Shown piece after piece: positions 23,910 through 36,810 of a DNA stretch of 64,000 bases (the stretch's first letter is position 1; every line of letters begins with the position of its first letter). Below the pieces are notes generated by a model. The model did not search any database. It had not been told where the DNA came from and worked only from the letters and a program-made list of their open reading frames with translations. Position numbers and translations under genes: made by a program. Origin of the DNA: Camelus ferus (lineage: Eukaryota); the NCBI RefSeq assembly GCF_009834535.1, contig NC_045717.1, forward strand, positions 7,006,001 to 7,070,000, in the 5' to 3' direction.

Positions 23910-24052
23910 TCTCCCGTCCTCCTTCCTCCCTGCCTCCCTCTCCCTTCTTCCCATCCTTCCTGCTTCCCTCTATTCCTTGATGACTCCTCCTCCCTCCCTC
24001 TCGTCCTCCCTCCCTCCTTCCTTCTGTCCTTCGCTCTTTCCCTCCTTCCTAC
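23910..24052. repeat. Polypyrimidine (TCCC/TTCC)n tract
   Basis: About 140 bp of almost exclusively C/T. Confidence 0.85.
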
Positions 24053-24998
24053 CAGTGAGGAATGAATCAGACATTGGCCCTCTGGGAATAATCACGTGGA
24101 GAATAGGGGTAGAGGGTCCACCTCATTCCCCAAACAGGTGCCAAGCCCTTCTTGGCAGGTGCAGACCACGGGGCCTGGAAGGCAAAGACAGAGTCAGTGG
24201 CTACAACAGAAGAGAAAGTTTAGAAAAACAACCCACTCGAGTTACCTTCTAAATGACTAAAGCTTTGGCCCTGAGCTTCCTTGCAGCCCTAAATTCTCTG
24301 ACCCTCAGCCCTGAGAGGGAAGGAGAGTGGGGCTGGATGCCTCAGCGGCCCTCTCAGCACTCTGTTCCAACCTAGGGGCCCAGGGAAGCCCTTTTCGGGA
24401 GGGGACGATGTTGGTCGTACAAACAGTGACTGGCCCTGGGACTCCCCAGAGTCATGCCAGGGTCACGACCCCGCAGAGAACGGGGCTGTGGGGCACTCCC
24501 CGGCCAAGGCCTCGCTGGCCTGCCCTCATGCCAGCCTGCGTCACCACCCAGCCTGGCTGAAACGTGAGCCCGAGAGATAGAGCCCTGGCCGAGCCAGCCA
24601 GTTGTGTCTTAATGCAATTTAGCTATAATCGCTGTGTGTTTTCCTTCGCTATAATTAGTAAAATGTGGTTGTTTGCTGTGTTCCTGGAAGATGTCTGAAC
24701 TGGGGCCAGCTCCCTGGAGCTTTTCTGACACGCTCTTCCAAACAGGCCCACCAGCACCACCATGGGTTTACCAACACTTTTTTACCCCCCTCTTAACCCG
24801 AGTCCTCCTGATCCCTGAGTTGGGGCATCTCTCTCCTGGCCCCCTGAGGACAGGCCCTGTGGCTCAGCAGCATGCTGGGCATGCTGTAGGCGCCCAATAA
24901 ATGTGGGTGGGCAATTGAGCCATCAAACCATCAGCAGTAACCAAAGGCACGTAGGGAGGGAGTTTCTTTTTTAGGAATTCCACAAGGTCCTCAGAGAA

Positions 24999-25022
24999 GT
25001 GTGTGTGTGTGTGTGTGTGTGT
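24999..25022. repeat. (GT)12 microsatellite
   Basis: Counted directly. Confidence 0.95.
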
Positions 25023-27479
25023 TCACCTGCAGGTGACACATGGGTGTATCCATGACAACCAACACAGCCATCTCTGCTTGTGATTCGAGGGCTGTTTGTG
25101 TCCACCTGACAGTGCTGGAGCCCCCAGATGTAGGTTTGAGGGCTCCACGTGTCTCGGGGCCACCCGGAGGGTACCAGAACTGACCCTGAACGCTCTGATG
25201 ACCATGTGGGAGGTTGGGACGGGGCAAAGGATGTGGAGCACCCAAGTCGCACTGTCCTGCAATTCATTTCTCACGTCTTCTGCCTTGGATCACAGTGAGG
25301 TACAGTCTTTTCTTTGTCCTGTCATTTCAGGCTTTTGGCCACCGTTTATTGGGTCCTACTGTGCCTTGTCATCGACTGCTCTTGGTGGCTCTCCACTGGG
25401 TCTCATTCATGTACCATCTCACTCCCCCATTTATTCACTCCATCAGTGAACATTTGTTAAATAATTACTGGCTAGACTTCAGGATTGGGTTTTCGGTTTT
25501 TTGGTTTGGTTTGGTTTTTGCATGAAGGCTCAAGATTCACAATTCCCACCTTTGTCAAAGTCTCTCCCAATAGGAGACCCATTTAGGATAGGTTTCAGAT
25601 TTTTTATTATTATTTGATCAGTCATTACACAAAACGAAGTGGTAATAGCACCCACCTCATGGAGTTCTTGTGTGTGGTTCACGCCTAAAGGCACAGTAGC
25701 TGGCACACAGGAAATAATCTTTAAGTATCACTGGTGACAATTATTATTTCACACAGCGGTAGAGCAGGCAGGGGCACGGGCTCCGCACCGCTTTGTGACC
25801 TCGGGCAGGCCACTTAACCTCTCTGAGGCCATGTCAAACATGACTAATGTGCAAGTGTCCAGTAAATGTTAATTATTATGTTGTAATTGTGTGGACTTTA
25901 TTTTTTCAATTGACTTGTAATTCTTGAAAACCACTTCTCCAGCTGAGTCCCTAAGTGCTGTCACTGGCAGAAATCAGTTGCTAGCTGGGCCAGCCAGACT
26001 CTGCATCAAAGACTGCGGAGTTCTGGTTGGTTGAATTTGCTTGGATTCTGAACGTTCTGATTGGCTAGAACACTAGTGGGTGTGGCCCATTCTCCAGAGC
26101 ACATTCAGCAATAGTTGTTGGAGAGTGATGTTCAGTGGTGAATTTACCTGGGTTGCTGTTCTTTCTCTTTTTCTCAGTAAATCTTACCAGTGTCCAGCTC
26201 TATGATTTTTTGCAGATGAATTCCTCCAAAACACATCTCACTTAAAAAGTGCATAAATGTTGCGTTATTTACGCCAGTGGGCACTTGGATGACTGAAGTG
26301 GTAACGTGCTTGCGTGCAAGGATGCTGAGTTCTACATTCTCATGTTAGGCGGGTGGGTGTTCCTGGTCCTGGTGCCAGGCCCTTGCTCATGTAAGGAGCC
26401 TCCAGTTCTCCTCGCAATAGGGCACTTCCCTCTGCCAAGCCCTCCTCTGGCCAGATGCAGAAAGAGATTCATTTTTGAACCGTGAAACCAAATGAGGGAT
26501 TTCTCCACACCATGTACCACCTCAGAGACCTGGAGTGGTCGTGCTTGTCCATTCATTCATTCACTTACTCACTTGCTATGCCTTAAATGCTGTGCTGAAC
26601 ACTTAGCAGATATTTAGATGAGCTATAACATCACACAATGATTTGGGCCACAGTCAGGGAGCATCAGAAGATGTACCAAGGAAATCCCTGCAAGTGCCTC
26701 CCCAAAGTTCTCATTTCCCAAACTTGGGGCTCTCACCAGGTCTCCACCTCCCTCCACCCATTTTAAGACTTTACTGACTCCTCATTGCCCTTGGAAAAAA
26801 CCACCTAACCCGACCCTCAAAGTGCTCATGGTGGGGCCAGAGTCTCCTGATGCAGCTGCTCTTGAATCCACTTTCATCAGTTCCCTCTGCCTAGAAGCGT
26901 TCCGGACACCCTGGACACCCTGTGGGGTACTATCCATCTGTCTGGACAGACAGCACCTTCTACCACCCTCTGCAGTGATTGGCATTGTGTCTGCCTCCTC
27001 CTTCTACTGTGGCCCCTGAAGCCAGGGACCATACGGCATTTATTCTGATGTCCCTGATGGCAGCCTGTGCCACAGACATGTGCTGCATGGTTTGCAGTTG
27101 CTCATCAAACCCTGGCTCCTCCATGTACCCTTCACTGCAAGCCCCACCAACCACATGTGGACCCCAGGCTCGAGCAGGTAGCAGAGAGGAGAGAGGACAC
27201 ATCAAATGACACTAAACTTGCTCTCAGTTGCCACCTGCTTGCCATGTGCCTGGCAAGTTTCTGAACACTGCCCGTGAATTATTTAATCTTCATTAAGAAC
27301 TTTATAAAGTTGGTGCCATTATGAGCCCCAATCACAGATGATGGAAAGCTTAAGTCTTTGCCCCAAATCACCCAAGTGGGGAGGATGGGGTCGGGATTTG
27401 TACCCTAGCTGTTTGACTTCACAGCCTACACTCCTAAGCATCAGACTCCATAAAATTATAGAATAACCAAAGAAAATCT

Positions 27480-27655
27480 TATTTCCTGTCCCAGCTTTAT
27501 GAAATGATCCTACAGTTTGTATGGAAGGATAACTGTGAGAGAAAAGCCATGAAATATTTGGGAAGAAAGAATGATCGGGATGGGGGAGGTCTTGCCCTAC
27601 CAGATGTTAAAATGCATTCTAAAGTCACAGTACTTACAATTGGGGAATTGACTCT
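27480..27655 (+). mobile_element. Old L1M ORF2 fragment
   Basis: ATCCTACAGTTTGTATGGAA...GAGGTCTTGCCCTACCAGATGTTAAAATGCATTCTAAAGTCACAGTA resembles the L1 ORF2 region encoding GGL.LPD...YYKA. Confidence 0.6.
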
Positions 27656-30249
27656 AATCTCATAGGCTTCACACTGCCTTTTACAGACGTGGAATCCAGG
27701 TCCCAGAAGGGAGGAAGTCACATGAGACAATCTGGCCCTCTGAGGGGGAAATGTCTAAAGTCACAAAGGGAGAGGAACCTGAATCAAGAGAACTTGAGAA
27801 TAAAGACAAGAACTTCTCCTTTGGAGGTGCACAAGCAATGAGAATAGAAACGGTCTTCCTTTCTGCACCCTTGGCAGGCGTCATTGATCCATCTCTGCAC
27901 TTTTTCTGGCTGAACCAACACTGCTTGAAATTCTTATTAATGCAAAACTGCAGTCAATTAGTGGGGATTGACTCATGAAATGAAAATATTTGCCATCTTA
28001 ATCTGGGTCAAACCACCTTCCCTTGCAAATGATGGACTTGGGTGCGGAGTGGGGCTGGAGCCCTCGCAACAGTTCAACCAAATACCATCTCATCATGTGT
28101 CAGGGGGGCCCCCCTTTCCCACCATCTCCAGACACAGTCACTCCAGCCCCACCCCACAGGTGGCTGCAGGAAACGCAGTGCCCTCCTGAACACTTCTGAG
28201 ATCCAGAGTACCTGCCTGCCCACCTCTCAGTGTTTTCTGTCTGCTCCTCCAGAAGCCCACTGCCGGCAGTCCTGTGGTCACTTGCCTATCTGGTCACCTC
28301 GGCTGCCGGCTGCTGGCCCCTCTCCAGCTCACTTTCCCCCTAAGCATGGACACAGCCCTTTCTCCTTCATTCCCCAAAGCATCTCGAATACAGGGCTTCT
28401 GCCCATGACTGAGGGATGTTCCTGCAATATCCCTGCAAAAGAATATACTCTGTCCCTAGAGTTTCTTGGCCCTTTACCCCAACAAAGGGAATCTCTTACA
28501 TATTCCTGGGGAGTAGTTTTATCCCCCAAAACCCAAACCCCTACTTTAGGGCCACCAAAAATGGCAGCTTCCCTTGGGAGGGATGAAGGCAGTGCGGGCA
28601 TCATGATACAGCCAGCCGGTAGGCTCACAAAACCACACTCTCTGCAGCTCCCCTCCCCCATCCTCTGCTCAGCACCTGACACATCCCCACGGCCTGATTC
28701 ACCCCCTCCTCTTCCGCTGCTTCCCTTTCCCAATCTCGTCTTACCCTCAGGTTAGGTTTTCTTTCTCTGGGGGAACTTCCTAGGCTGTTAGGGGTCCGGC
28801 CTCAAGGATCCCATAGGACCCTTACAACATATTATCAGGTTGGGTTTGGTTTACAAGTTTGTTCTGCCCAGATTTTTCTTTTTTTCTTTTTTTAAAAATA
28901 ATCTTTAACTTCACACTTTTTCCTCCCAGATTTTTAAAAATTAGTTTTAGTTTTCCAAGTTTTGGAAAATGGAGGAGTTCAGACAAATATCAAAATTTCT
29001 GCTTTGGCTTAAGAAGCTAGAGGCTCTGACGACATTGGGCCCACATGGCAACAAGTGATTAGCACTGAGAGCAGCCACCACCGCCCCACCCTAAGGTGTG
29101 TCTCCGAGGTTCACCACAATCCTCACCATTCTCTATTGCCTCACACTTGGCCCCTTCATTTACCTTGCCCATCTGGACCACATTATGAGGGCTTGTGACC
29201 GTTATGCTGATTGCGTTGTGTGTCCCTAGTCTGCCTTCGTCTCTCTAACTGGACAATGAGTTCTACTTAATCATCTGCAGAAAAAGGGTGAATGCAAAAG
29301 TGTTCCTACCTCACCAGGTTGCTGTAAAGGTTCACTGTGGTCATACTTAGCACCAGCATGGTCCCCAGGAGTGCATACATACTCAGCTCTGATCCCCACA
29401 GCCCCTGGCTGACCCACCAAACAAGTCTCCCCCAGCTGCAGGGATGTGTTGTCTATTTTGCAGCGAACTTGGTTCCTCTAGCATCACCACAGAGGACAGA
29501 AAATTCCAAAGATTCAACTCTTACAAAAGAATAAGGTGAACCCAAGGCAGGGCCTGGGATGGGGAAGTTATCCCACTACAGCAAAAGAGAGCCTCACACA
29601 CTGCAGGGACTGTATCCCACCCTAGGGCTCGTGGGCTAAACAAGCTGCCGTGAGACCATGGAGCCAACTCACATGGCCTCAGGCTGCTCCAGCGTCTTAC
29701 CCAGGAGAACTCTGGGGCTGCACAGGGGTGAGAGATGGGACAGGGGCTGCTTGTTTGGAATGGCTTAGGGAAAGTATTGTTAGAGATTATGAGGGCCCAG
29801 ATGTCTATCCCCTAAGCCACCTCTTGGCTGCCACTGTCTATGACAACCCACGTGTCCCATAGGTCTCCAGTCAGGGCTGAGGTCTCCTTGCCAGGGGAAA
29901 GACGTTCACCATCTAGTCGTTAAAGCCGAGGACTAAAGCACCTGCCCCAGTCAGCCCAGGCCTGGACCCAGACAGAATCTTGTACTTGTCTAGAAGTCAG
30001 GGCAGCACATAGAGCGAGCAGGCAGCGGATGAGGGGCCAGGAGGCCTGGGCGCTTCTCCTGCCCTTAACCAGCTCTGCGCCCTCGGCCAAGTCCCTGTTC
30101 CTCTCTGGGTTGCAGAGAGGGGTGCATCTTGCCAAGGATCTTCCAGCTGTGGCCCAGAGAGCCTCAGGCTTCTGGGTTTCCATCTCCTCTGCTTTCACAC
30201 ACGTATCTCTCTTAAATATTGGGACTCTGGGTAAGATTCATCTAAAACA

Positions 30250-30850
30250 AGACAGGAAGCACAGTGTAGAAGTTAAGAGTCACAAGTTCTGTAGGCAAAT
30301 GGGCCTGAGTTCAAATGACTAAGCTTGGGCAAGACAGTTGGCTTTGCTGAGCCTCAGTTTCCCCATCTGTAAAGTGGGAATAACTAGAACATATCCCATG
30401 GGTAGTTTCAAATATTAGGCAAACTCACGTACACCTGACACATGGAGTGCTTCATGGATGTAACCTGCCAGTGTAATTATTAAAAGACCTGCTGAGTGGT
30501 TTGTTTTTTTTTAAGTTTGGTCTGGTGGTCTCTGATCATTTTGTCTGGGCTCCCATCTCTAGTTCCCCTCCCAGCCATCATATCGCCCCTGATGACTGAC
30601 TCTGGGGTCCCCTGAGCCTTCAGTTCTGGGCCTGAGATTGACCCCTAGTTGGACATGGATGCCAGTCCCAGAGCCATCGCTCACCAGCTGGGTGACCTTG
30701 CGTCAGTCATTTTACTTCTCCAGACCTCGGTTTATTGTCTGTTAGATGCAAATAATGGCGCTCTCCACCTCCTAGGGGTGCTGTGGGGGCTGGTACAGCA
30801 CCTGACACATATAAATACTCAATGAATGGTGGCTGTTATCATTAGGTTCA
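30250..30850 (+). mobile_element. Two MIRs (~30250-30480, ~30670-30850)
   Basis: GAGCCTCAGTTTCCCCATCTGTAAAGTGGG and GGGTGACCTTGCGTCAGTCATTTTACTTCTC cores. Confidence 0.72.
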
Positions 30851-30903
30851 GTTGGGGTGAGCATTTTGGTTTTGTTTTTTAATCACGTTTTGGGGAGTGG
30901 TGG

Positions 30904-30917
30904 GCGCCCTCTAGTGG
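30904..30917 (-). promoter_or_regulatory. CTCF consensus site
   Basis: Plus GCGCCCTCTAGTGG = minus CCACTAGAGGGCGC, an exact match to the core CCASYAGRKGGCRS consensus. Occupancy not demonstrated. Confidence 0.7.
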
Positions 30918-31189
30918 TGGAGCCCCACATGGAGGGGTGCCTTATTCTGTAGCCTGGGGGCAGAAGGAGAGGGAAGAGGGGGACAGTTGGGGCCTAGACC
31001 TTAGAGGTGGACTTTCTTGGGACTGGGGATGAGTCTCAACTCAAAGCCACCACAGCTGGGCCTGGTGGGAAGGGAAGAGTGGAGAGGTCCAGCTTGGATC
31101 CCTGGGTAAACTTCTCTGCAAAGTAAGAACAGTACACACCACGGAGCTAAGAGACAGGCCTGGGAGGGTATGAAGGCATTTCTCCTTCT

Positions 31190-31340
31190 TCTATGCACCG
31201 TCACCTCATCCTCCAGCTCCATTTTACAGATGGAGAAACTGAGACCCACAAAGGGGAAGTGACTCTCCCAAGGTCACACAGGGCACTCAAGGCAGAACAC
31301 AGACCAGAGCCTGGACTCCAGGTCCAGTGCTCCCTACCAT
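31190..31340 (-). mobile_element. MIR
   Basis: CCATTTTACAGATGGAGAAACTGAGACCC...GTGACTCTCCCAAGGTCACACAG. Confidence 0.78.
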
Positions 31341-33739
31341 TACAAGGTCAGCTTGGCCAACCCAGGCAATGGGGAGCAGAGGACATTTTCACTGAATCAG
31401 AGTGAAGTTTCGAAGGAGAATAAAAAAAAGAAGCAGCAGCAGGCGAAGTTCCCAGGGCTGGAGTCCTGCCCAGCCGGTCCCAAGGCTCAGGGAGGGTGGG
31501 AATGACGCAGCCTGGGCCCGTGGCAGTCTCAGGAGCACCATTCGCCGGGAATCTGCCTGCGGCGGCAGCCAGAGGACTGCAGAGGCTCCGGGAATGATGG
31601 CTGAGCCTCGGCTGACTCCTCAGGGGCTCCGTGCGTGGGGCACAGCGTGAGCTCTGGACCCCCACCCCATCTTAGCGCCTGCGAGAACCCCGCCCACAGT
31701 CACACACACAGAAGCACCCAGGCACGGCGGTTCCTGGGTGGGCAGCAGAAGCCTCCTTAGTGGGGAAGGGGTCAGCCTGGAGGAGGGAAATCCCGGAAGA
31801 CCCATGAGAGGGGGCGGCCACGAGCAGGAATCCAGGCCCAGCTGCCGGCTGAGGCCAAGGTCCGAGGCTGTGGACACAGCCAGCTCACTTTCCCCACTCT
31901 GAAGGCCCCCTTCCTGTCTTCCAACCTGGGAGGCCTCACCTACCGTGTGTCCTAAAAGCTTTCTCACGCATTATAGCTCAGCTGAGACTCATACTGTCTT
32001 TGACCATCTTCCCAATCTACAGACGGGAAAGCTGAGGCCCAGGAAAAGAAAGGGACTTTAGGGCTCCAGGGCCATTTCTACCCTGCGTGACTGTCCATCA
32101 TTCTTGGAGTCCATGAAATTAGGCTGGAGGGAGGGAGGAGCAGATTCTGTTCAGCTGGAGAAGGCCACTGGCCTCCAGGACCCTGGTGAGATGCCAGCTC
32201 TATCCCCCACCCCAGCTCCCAGTGAGCGTGCAATCCCAGGGCACATGGTGACAGGAAGAAAGCAGACTTTGGCATCAGATGGACCTGAGTTCAAACCCTA
32301 ACTAGCATCTATTGTACTCGTCTGTTCACTTCAGCTGCGTTAACTGAGCAAATCTTTTCAACAGTCCTCTGATTCAGTATTACTGATGGCTCCATTTATG
32401 GATGAGGAAACTGAGACAGCTGGGAATGGGCAGACTGGGGGCTTGCATCAGCCTGTCTGGCCCCTTAATTGCTACAGTGTCCACTTATGAGGCATGAAAA
32501 TCACATCATGGAAGTTAGATGGGCTGCGGGGCTGGGAACTTTGTGTTGAGTGGAGGTGATGTCACCAGAAGGGAAGGTGCCCTTAAGGGGCTGGGGGATC
32601 TCAGAGAACAGCTCCCAACTAGGGAGTGCCCGTCCCTGCCAGGATCTGTTCTGAGCCCTTGGATGTGCTGGGTCTGGGAGACCAAGAGGAAACTGAGTCA
32701 GGGAAGGGCTGTGGTTGGCGTTTGGGATCCCAACTCACAGCTCCAACCTGGTCCCCTCACCAAGTCATCTGCTCCTTAGTAACGCCTGGTGTGCTTCCCT
32801 GGGTCTGGCCCAAGACCGCCTCCAAAGAAGAAGGTAAATGAGGGCCCCAGCCCTATGGCCCCTCGAGTAGGAACAGGACCAGCTGGACACCTTAATAATG
32901 AGGAAGCAGGAAACCAAGGCATCCCTAAGAGGGGGTGACCCCGCTGCCTGTGCCCGAGCTCTGACTCCAGAGCTGAGAGGCTGACAACCCCCCTGGCCCC
33001 TTCCCAGCCCAGCACACCCCTTTAAGAGATCTGGCCCCTTTAAGAAGGGGATGGGGGCAGGACCATTTCCCACCGTGTGCCCCCTCCAGCTGCAGCTGTA
33101 AGACTCCTGGCTTTCACACCCAGGCAGAGCTAGGGATAGGGAGCCCCCTGCTCCTGCCTTGACCTTTAGGCCACCCCCAGCCGGCCGCAGCTCCAGGTCC
33201 CAGTGCCTTGGTCCTGGCCCCTCTGCAGCCCCAGTCATCCCATCCGCTCTTGATTCTGTTCCCTGGCTGGGACTCCTGGCTGGGGCTGCTGTAGCCCGGC
33301 CCTTCCCATTCCGTGCTTGGCAAAGGGGTGTCTGTTCTCGAGCCGGGGCCCAGGGGGCTGGCCAGGGCCAGCGATGGAGTGGGGGATGGAGGGCAGGGAT
33401 GTCTAGAGGGAACCCCCTTTCCTGAGGAGCTGGCTCCACCCACCACAGGGCTGTGGGGTTAGGGCAGGCAGAAAGGAGACCAGCCCATACTTGAGGGCTG
33501 GAGAGCATCTATCACCACGGAAGACCAAAGCAAGCAGTCAGGCTTCTAGAAGAACTGATTGAGCAAGGAGTGTCCAGACTCGTGCAAGAACAGAAAGACC
33601 CCATCTTTCTGTTCTGGGCAGCCTTGGCCTTTGATGACAGGAGGCGTGAAACCAGGAGGTGGGTGAGCACCGACTCTGGGCCTGGCAACTTACACCTGTC
33701 CCTGCCTCCCTCCCCACCTCACGTTCTCTCCCAACTCAG

Positions 33740-33940
33740 AGAACATGTTAGAACCTGGGCTTTGGGGTCGGACAAATGCTAGGTTCAAATCCTGGCTCCA
33801 CCATTTCCACCTGCATGATCTGGCACAAGTCATGTCACCTCTCCAGCCTCGGTTTCCTCTTCTGTAAAATGATACTGATTCCCAGCACAGGGGGGCCATT
33901 GTAATAAAAGCCTGGCGTGTAGAGCGCGCTCTGTCAACTT
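33740..33940 (+). mobile_element. MIR
   Basis: GGTTCAAATCCTGGCTCCACC...GCCTCGGTTTCCTCTTCTGTAAAATG. Confidence 0.75.
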
Positions 33941-35959
33941 GCATTCCTCTCTGTGGGTCTGCCTGCCCTCCCAACACACACCCAGGCCTCATCCATCCCC
34001 AGGGAATGGGATTCCCACCCCATGCAGCAGTCAGCTCTACTGTCCTCCTGCCCGCGTACAGAGGATGTTCAGCAGGGATGCGAAGAGCCACGTGGCAGCC
34101 TCTTGCAGAGAGAAGTGCAGACCCTCACTGCAGAGGCCACCTAGGACCCAGCCCACTGTCACCCACTGGAATCAAAGTGACGTGGAGATGGGCCACCGAG
34201 AGGGAGGATGGCTCTCCCCAGAGCTGAGTCAGAAGGTCCCAGGTCAAGTCTCCACCTGCCATTTTTAGCAGAATAACCTTCACCCTTCCAAGCTTGGCTT
34301 TGACATCTGGGAAGTGGAGCCCACGGGAGGGTCCCCAGAGGCTCCAGCCGGGAGGTGGTTTACGAGCACCCGCCCAGGGAAGCCAAGGGCTGCAGATTCA
34401 GCCCTCAAGGCTGCCCTCGCCTTTGTTTGCTTTATTGAGTAAAAGAAAATACTTTGAACATTTTATGGGGACTTGGGGAGGGGAGGAGGGGTCAGAGAGA
34501 GGCTTCATCCAAGAGAAACAGCCTCCGAGGAAGATCCTGCCAAGAAAACCCAAGGGCGGGGGCCAGGAGGGTTCTCCTCTGAGCATGGCCCAGGACGGGA
34601 GCCCGGAGCCTGGAGAGAAGACCGGAGGTCTGTGCCTGCGGAAGGGACCCCTCGGCCCGCTGGGTGCCCCCTGGGTAATGAGCAGCGGCACCCAGGCCCT
34701 CAAGGCTTCCTTTCCTGCTTCTACGGCCTCTTCCCCCAGGGGTCACCCCAGAATCCCCCAGCTCCCCACTCCCTCCCCCAGGGGCAAGTTCATTCACCCC
34801 CTCCTGCTCTCATTGACTCTTTTATTCGGTTGCACAGATGCCACTTTTCCATTCATTCGTTCACTCATTCATTCCTTCTCACTGGCTTGTTCATTCATTC
34901 ATTCACTGACGTATTCGCTCTGAGGTGAACAGTCACGAATCCTGACCTCAAGGCAGTCTCGGTTAGGACAGGCATGCTCCCCACAGACAGTCTCTGAGGG
35001 AGAGACAGTCACCTGAGGTTGCAGGAGGCCAGTGGTTTAACTGCAAGGGGCTCACAGCCCGGGAGGGATCTGGAAAGGTGAGTGGAGGGCGCCAGGTGGT
35101 GAAGGCGGGGAGAGGGCAAGCCAGGGAAGACGGCAGAGAGGTGGGCAAGAGGAGGTGTTTCAGAAACGGGAGAGGAGACCAGGAAAGGCGCCGAGCTCAT
35201 CACCCATCGAGCAGGCCATCCCGGGGCCCCAGCAGGGCACTTTGCAGGGTCCCCCAGGACTGCTAGGGCCCCTCACCACCGAGAAGGCCAAGATCCCCTG
35301 GAATTCCTTAGCATTCCATGTGGGCCTTGTCTCCCCAGCTGGGGACAGAAGTTGGCCCGCAGCAGGGGCCCCTCCCATGCAGCCTGGGGAAACCCTGTGC
35401 ACCCCCCTCAGGAAACCCCCGCGCTTCCTGCCGTCTGGGTCTCACAGAGCTAAAAACCTTCCTCTGGGCTCCCGGTCCTCAGAGGCCATGGGTCTGCCAA
35501 AGCAGCTCGAAAACTGCTGAGTGTTTCTCTGAAGGAGGAGGAGGAGGAGAGATAGAAGTTGAGAGGGGAAGGAAAGAAGGCCTGGAAAATGGAGGAAGCT
35601 GGCCGCAGGTTCCGGTGGCTCCTGCAGGAGCCAATGCCCATCTCCCACGAGCGTCGTCCAGGGGAGACCCCAGGGTGCGGCCAGGCTCCTACAGGGTGGG
35701 GGCCCTGGTTCCAGGCCTCATCTCCACCCTGAGGGGTCTTTCAACCAAGTGCATAATGCTCCCCAGGGAAGTCACTCAAGCCCTTTGCCTCAGCGCGGCG
35801 CCTGAAGGCGTTAAAAACTCCCAGGTCACCACTCCTGCTGGGGTCACTGGCTGTCACCCAGAACTCCAGGAGAAAGCCCTAAGATGACAGACAAGCTCTG
35901 CTTATTCCTCAAAGCCCAGCAGAAAGAGGAAATTCTGCATGCGAGGGCCATTTTCACCC

Positions 35960-36270
35960 CTTACCCCAGGAGTGATCTTGGGTCAGTCAAGCCACCTCTC
36001 AGACTGTCGGTGTCACTGGGGATGATAATGGCTAAGATAATAATGAGTTGTATTTACAGAGCGCTTACTGCTTGCTCGACTCTGGCTAAACACAGATCTC
36101 ATTTAATCCTCAACGACAATTCTATGAAGTAGGTACTTCTATTATCACCACTTTTTAAATTAGGAAACTAAGCCCAGAGAGGGTAAGTAGCTTGCCCAAG
36201 GTGATCCAAGCAAAAAAAGGGAGAACAAGGATTGCAGCCTAGCCATTGCAACTCTAGATTCTGCACACCA
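35960..36270. mobile_element. Adjacent MIRs in opposite orientation
   Basis: GTGATCTTGGGTCAGTC...GGGGATGATAATG (plus), then TCATTTAATCCTCAACGACAATTCTATGAAGTAGGTAC...GGAAACTAAGCCCAGAGAGGGTAAG (minus). Confidence 0.72.
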
Positions 36271-36477
36271 GACTGTTACGTTGCATCTCACAATGTTTTC
36301 ATGCATTTGTTGAGCAAACAAATATGCAACATCTTCCTGTACCAGGCACTAGGGATGAGAAAGTAAATCTTGCATCTGCTCTCAAGAAGCTTCCAGCATA
36401 CTGAGTGAGGCAGACAAGTAACCAATTATAATGTAGTGTGATTGCTGTTATAACAGATAAATTACAAGGTGTTGAGT

Positions 36478-36810
36478 GTATTAGTCAGGGCATTCAGTGC
36501 AAGCTGCCTTAACAAATAACCCCAGCATTTCAGTGACTTATAAAGACATCCCACGATCCAATTCATTGGCAGGGGTTTCTGCTCAGTGAAATCATTATGA
36601 GAGCCAGGCCTCCTCAGAGTCCTCTGACTGGAATCCTCTACTGGATGTCAGCCAGCAAGCAGGAGTGAGGCGTCATGGAGGACTACATGGAACATTTTAC
36701 GGCCTGGCCCACAAGTCATGTACCTCACTTGCCCATGTTCCATTGGCTAGAACTGGTTACACTGCCCCACTGTGCGGGAGCTGGAAATTGAGGAGCCAGG
36801 ACTGCTGTAT
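36478..36810 (-). mobile_element. MaLR LTR, MLT1-like
   Basis: TATTAGTCAGG...TAACAAATAACCCCAGCATTTCAGTGACTTA...CCATTGGCTAGAACTGGTTACAC...GGAGCTGGAAAT. Confidence 0.7.

Noticed and set aside
26780-27210. Stretch with protein-like composition (EEPGFDEQLQTMQHMSVAQAAIRDIRINAV)
   Set aside because: I do not recognise a family; ORFs are short with no polyA or TSD to indicate a retrocopy. A tblastx/Dfam search would settle it.
28042-28755. 237-aa ORF (also 32765-33508, 34294-34923, 2184-2834)
   Set aside because: Low-complexity Pro/Ser/Gly content and no homology I can identify; expected by chance at this GC level.
35960-36270. Opposed MIR pairs (also 20700-21060) as possible hairpin or miRNA precursors
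   Set aside because: Copies are too diverged to pair extensively, and there is no evidence of transcription.
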